Assembly (NCBI GenBank): GCA_964016885.1
Contig: OZ024745.1
Coordinates: 51,522,001 to 51,586,000 of the forward strand
Direction: 5' to 3'
Source: Eledone cirrhosa
Lineage: Eukaryota
DNA length: 64,000 nt
The notes below the pieces were generated by a model, which saw only the letters and a list, made by a program, of their open reading frames with translations, was not told where the DNA came from and did no database searches. Positions within the stretch are counted from its first letter, which is position 1, and every line of letters begins with the position of its first letter. The position numbers and the translations under genes were made by a program. Shown here one piece after another: positions 57,421-64,000 of this stretch.

Positions 57421-57446
57421 ATATATATATATATATATTTATATAC

Positions 57447-57520
<74 letters not shown>

Positions 57521-57665
57521 TTACCGAACATTTATATATATATATATATATAAGAATACTGTCCGCATACATATATAAACATAACGTGCGTAACATTGTT
57601 TTGATTGATATACACAAGTATATATTTAAGTATACTTAGAGAATAGAGAGTATATTTAAATATAT

Positions 57666-58639
<974 letters not shown>

Positions 58640-59105
58640 ATTTAAAGCTTAAACAAGGTTCAATGAATAAATCAAAGAATGAATTTTACAATAGATTGAA
58701 GCACTCAACAGTTAGGGTTTTCTGGAGTTATTAATATTAAATTATTATTTTTTCACTTTTTATTTTGTATCTAGTCCTTATCCTTAAGACTCATGATCCT
58801 ATTACAATAATTGATGTAAAACATTAATTTTTAACAATATTTTCAGTAACTTATTTACTATATTGTATTATGTTATGTCTATTTGAGAGGTATCATCTTA
58901 AGGCTTTAGACAATATAATCCTTGTGTATTTTTTTGATAAACGCATATATGTAATTTAAAATTCAGACCTTTTAAGTTTAATTATAAGGCCTGTTGATCC
59001 TTTAGGCACTCAAATTGTTAATCATAAATTCTTTAAAAAATATAACTGTAATTATTTTCTAAATTATATTATATAAACTGTTGTCAATATTATATAATAA
59101 ATAAG

Positions 59106-59297
59106 GGCGGTGGATTGGCAGTATCGGTAGAGGGTCGGACGCCATGCTTTGACGTATAGTGTTACGGCCCTTGCCTTTCTGATTTCAAATCCCACCGAGG
59201 TTAACTTTGCCTTTCATCCTTACGGGGTCGATAAAATAAAGTACCAGTAATGGACTGGGTAATTGCTGGCCTTGTACCAAAAGTAGAAACAATATTA
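59106..59297 (+). mobile_element. SINE, full length, with 18-bp TSD
   Basis: caatattatataataaat at 59085-59102 and 59290-59307. Confidence 0.92.
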
Positions 59298-59909
59298 TAT
59301 AATAAATTTTGTAAAGTTTACCTTCATGAGGTTGTAAAAACTTTATGTTTTCTTTCTCGTGTTTGTAAATCCTTTAAATTTGATTTCATAAAATTTGATT
59401 TTAGGAATTAAATGTGATAGTATACATTAATATTAATACAGTTACTTATTAACTTTTAAAACCTAAAATATTATTCATTACTCTGAACTAACTTAAATTA
59501 AATATTTTGAATGTTGACGGTCAACCAGATATGTTTAGATATATATTGTATATATGGATAATTGTCTACAGACTTGAACATAAGTTATTCCTCTTTATCT
59601 CTCTCTGTGTAATCAACTCTCCTTTGTTTTTTTAGGCTCCTACTAACTATATTATCCCCTCATCTGTTTCTTTCTCTATGCTTTTCTTTTCTTTCCATTT
59701 TCTTCAGTAATTTAAATTATTTAACTTTTATATTGCTGCCAAGTATTTTTTTAAGCTGTCTCACACGCACTCTCTCTATTGTATGTATTATATATTTTTC
59801 TGATGTTCTCAATATTAAGGTATATAAATATTGAGTTTTGTCATATATAACTCACTACCACGACTGAATCTTAACCATCTGCTATGTCAGGGTATGTCAT
59901 GCATCATCT

Positions 59910-59976
59910 TATTTTATCTGATGAGGACGTACTGTTGAAGTTAACTCAGTACCTTTGAAATATGTAAAATAAAATA
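59910..59976 (+). ncRNA. Decayed hammerhead ribozyme, family A-like
   Basis: UAUUUUAU-CUGAUGA-...GUACUG..CAGUAC...-GAAAUAUGUAa-A-AUAAAAUA; stem I resembles family A, U16.1 is lost. Confidence 0.55.
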
Positions 59977-60033
59977 TACTTCATCACAAGAATAACTATT
60001 TTGTTAATATTTTGATTTAATATACATACACAA

Positions 60034-60134
<101 letters not shown>

Positions 60135-60231
60135 GTAAGAGGTGTCTATAAGTATACTTAAATATATACTTGTGTATATCAATCCATACAAAGATACGCA
60201 CGTTATGTATATATATTTATGTATGTGGACA

Positions 60232-60287
<56 letters not shown>

Positions 60288-61020
60288 GCACGTTATATGT
60301 ATATATGTATGCGGGACAGTGTATTTAATAAACTGTTATTCACATATTTTTGTTAATCAGTCACTGTCACAGATTACCCACTATATCGGTCAGTTTATTG
60401 GAATTAATATAAGACGCATAATATTACTCACTTGGAAATTATCCAAATGTGTGTTTATTTACACAGCTAGTCAGTGAATTCCATTTCTTCTGCACTCTTA
60501 TCAATAACATATGTCAGATTCTTACACTCTTTTGATGAAGTTACCAATGTTTTACTCATTATCATTGTAATAACCATCGTTATCCACATCTTATATATCG
60601 ATGTTATTTTTTCATTAGTTCTACTAGTTCTACAGCGATAATTATTACTACTACTATTGTTACTGCTGCTACTACTAATATAAAACTAAACTACACTATA
60701 TTTTATAAATATATATATATATATAGCTTCGTACTTACATGCACACACACTCTTTTACTCACATATACACACACATTCTTCTTACGGACGTATAATAACA
60801 CACACACAAGCTTATGCATGTGCACAAGTATAGCTCTTTTTACAAAACGTTATTTTTTTCCATTTCAGGTAGCCGCGTCCATAATCCACTTTTCTAAAAA
60901 ATAAATCATACACAAAACGCCAGCACCAACAGTTTTGCAAGAGATATCAACATGAATGGACCTCTTATTTTTATCTAAAGACATTTTTTCCAATTCCAAC
61001 CTGCCCGTCCTCTCATTCTT

Positions 61021-61056
61021 TCTTCTGATGAAGGACTAGCGTGCGAAACGATAAGA
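61021..61056 (+). ncRNA. Degenerate minimal hammerhead-like motif
   Basis: UCUU-CUGAUGA-AGGAC(UAGC)GUgC-GAAACGaU-AAGA. A related tail fragment (gtccgaaacgt...cctgatatat) lies at ~46766-46840. Confidence 0.4.
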
Positions 61057-61509
61057 CCCTCTTCCTGCTATATCAAGTGTTAACCTGATATATCCCTTCC
61101 ATATACTGTACCGATTGTGTTGTTATTTCTGTTTACTTTTTACACATATATATATATATATATATATAAAAATTCAGGACCCCAACTGCTGAGCTCCGGA
61201 ACCCACTCTACTACCCCAAGTATTGAGTGGTATGGTGAGTAAAGGTCCTACCGGCTTTTACCGCCTCCATTCTGCAACTGGATGCACACACATGTGCTTT
61301 GGGGTTCCCGCTTCGGTTTGTCTCTTCCCATCTTTTTCGCTGTTTTTTTCCTTTTTCTTCCGTCTTCCTTTCTGTTACTATTTTTCTTCCCTCTCTTTCC
61401 CTTTTTTTCCCAATAACTTCCTTGAGTTACTGACACCCTGGGGCGAGACATATTCTCTTTAATACATTGAAACGTCTAAGACCCCCAGAAGACAACTGAT
61501 GAAGGAAAA

Positions 61510-61877
<368 letters not shown>

Positions 61878-62461
61878 ATGTGCAATTTTTGATAAAACAT
61901 ATTATTGAAGTAAATACAGGGAGAGCATAAGAATTTGTTACGAGATCAAGTTTTCAAAATATTACATTGGAACATTTATCAGAATTGAGAGTTTGAAGTA
62001 GGACATATATGATACAATCATATGTTAGAATTAGCGCTTCAGGCGGAATCATGCCATATTTTGTGTGATTTTCGAATTCATATATATAAGATGATGAATG
62101 ATTCCGATACAAATATTACAAAAATAGAAAAGGTTAATCGAATTTTCGTATTGATTGATCCGTCATCTCAGCTTGGTATGTATGATTCGTGAAAAGTTGG
62201 AAAACTATAATCCCATACAATTTGAGATTACGAGAATTCGGAACATGAAATCTCTAAAGGTTTCGCCAAAAATAAGCGACCCAACTTTAGTTGTGAGCGA
62301 TGAAATATTCTTATGGATAAAAAAAATTTGAGTGTGCTATTGAGCTTCTACAGAAAATTTGAATGTTGGGAACAAAGGACATCAGAGAGACTGAACATTT
62401 AACGATTTATTGGAACTATGCATATACCTAAGTTTACATGTAGTAACCTGCTACCCGCACG

Positions 62462-62727
62462 GTAAAAAGGATTTGGAACTGCCATGAGGTCAAAGTGGTC
62501 CCGATTGTCATAGGCGCACTAGGTACTATCTCAAAAAGTTTCCAGGGATGGTTAAAGAAAATTGGCCCCGACACGCTTTTTGGAACGCTTCAAAAGGCAT
62601 GCTTGCTGGGAACAGCAAGAACCCTCCGATACGTCCTGAATATCTGAGGCTGCAGGTAGTGGCTTGATATTCATTTCAACAAACTTTCTAGTTAAATAAC
62701 ATCAACGACTGAGACTCAAAGAACAAC

Positions 62728-62793
<66 letters not shown>
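62462..62793 (+). mobile_element. R4/Dong-clade LINE 3' end with (TAA)n tail
   Basis: VKRIWNCHEVKVVPIVIGALGTISK...LQKACLLGTARTLRYVLNI* (stop 62645-62647), then a short UTR and (AAT)n at ~62728-62793. Confidence 0.88.
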
Positions 62794-62794
<1 letters not shown>

Positions 62795-64000
62795 TTTTCT
62801 TTATTAACCACAAGGGTTTACATAAAGTAGACATTAAGGACAGTACAGGACAATACAGGACGGTACAAATGGGCATTTCTGCGTGTAAAACAGAGGATGA
62901 AATAAAATAACAAAGAAAAATTCCCCAATAGGGGGGAGACTTCCGAGGGACATTTGTGGAGAAAGCCCATTAAAAGACCACAGTGGCCCTGACCACCAGG
63001 GCAAGTGCCCTCTCCCAGTTTTCCACCTTTAATTTACAGACACATACTCAGAGAAGGCCCATTCATTCGGGCCATACTGCTTCTCTCACCCATCTTTCAA
63101 CAAAATGCTGGGAAGAGAGCACTTCCCTCTCTACCCTGATTTTCCTTTTCAGATGAAATTTGAAAAAGTTAATCAGGGAATCACCGAAGAGGTAAGTGCT
63201 CGTCATCAGCCCTTTCAAACGTGTCCACCATACTATCTCTTTCGCCATGGCGACCAGACAGATAAAAACTGCCTGCCCTTCCCGGCTAAAGGAAGAGGGC
63301 GGGGCAATCCTCACGATGGACTCAGCTGATAGCTGGATCCGTCCTACACGTGACAGCAGGTGTTCGACATAAACCCACAAGTCAGCAATGCTCGGACACT
63401 GGACGAGTGCGTGCAGGACGGTTTCGTCGCCCTGTGCGCATCTCGGACATGCCCGGCTGACGGAACCTCCATGCCTGTAAAGTTTATCCCGAACTGGCAA
63501 AGCACCCCGGTAGCACTGCCAGGCCAGGGATTTCTGGAAGTTGCCCATAGGCCCCGGCCCGAAAGTCCTTCCGAAGACATTGGCTAGTAGATTTTCGTCG
63601 ACGCCTAGAGTTTCTCCAAGTACGTCGTCGCTCTTCCCCTCCACTAATCCCCTATAGAACGCCAAGGTGGAGTTTCCACCGATCACATTGCCCGATTGGT
63701 CGAGGGCTGTGAGCGCCTGAAGACATTCCAGTCTCCAAGTGCTCCCTCTCAGTCTTCGCTTGACCCAGGACTGCAGCTCCGTCAAGGAGACGAGCTGGGG
63801 AAAAACGTGTCTAGCAAACGGCGACCACACCTGATCACCGTCGAGGAAGAGGTGGAGATGTCGTAGCCTGAGCCCGTGTCTGCGCATCATCAGCCACGGC
63901 ATGCCCAGCCCTCCACGTAGCGGGTGTTGACAGCAGATGGACCGCCTAACCATCGGAGCGCGTCCCTTCCACAAGAAGCGAAAGAGCAAACGCTCCAGCG
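62794..64000 (-). mobile_element. Tx1/L1-clade LINE, ORF2 C-terminus and 3' UTR (continues beyond the window)
   Basis: Uninterrupted ORF 63063-63989: FRFLWKG..GGLGMP, LPVRDKL, zinc knuckle CPRC..ETVLHALVQC. AATAAA lies just before the microsatellite. Confidence 0.92.

Overview
This is very AT-rich, microsatellite-saturated animal DNA, and I see no convincing host-gene exon. The repeat content (tRNA-derived Nin/Deu-domain SINEs, abundant (TA)n, Penelope-like elements) suggests a cephalopod such as Octopus; this is inference. Most ORFs in the supplied track are microsatellite read-throughs. All real coding signal is retroelement-derived. It comprises six Penelope-like element (PLE; RT + C-terminal GIY-YIG) copies or fragments, two Tx1/L1 copies, two R4/Dong 3' ends, a HERO-like RT relic, RTE and CR1 relics, and 13 SINE copies. 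The main non-obvious signal is an RNA layer: about 17 type-I hammerhead ribozyme (HHR) motifs in about 10 sequence families, folded by hand. Most have a palindromic stem III and many have a long stem II. They lie in PLE pseudo-LTRs, in fold-back inverted repeats, and in ORF-less tandem arrays with 430-525 nt monomers that resemble retrozymes (best example 40.6-41.9 kb). All folds and family assignments are by eye; no search or folding program was run.
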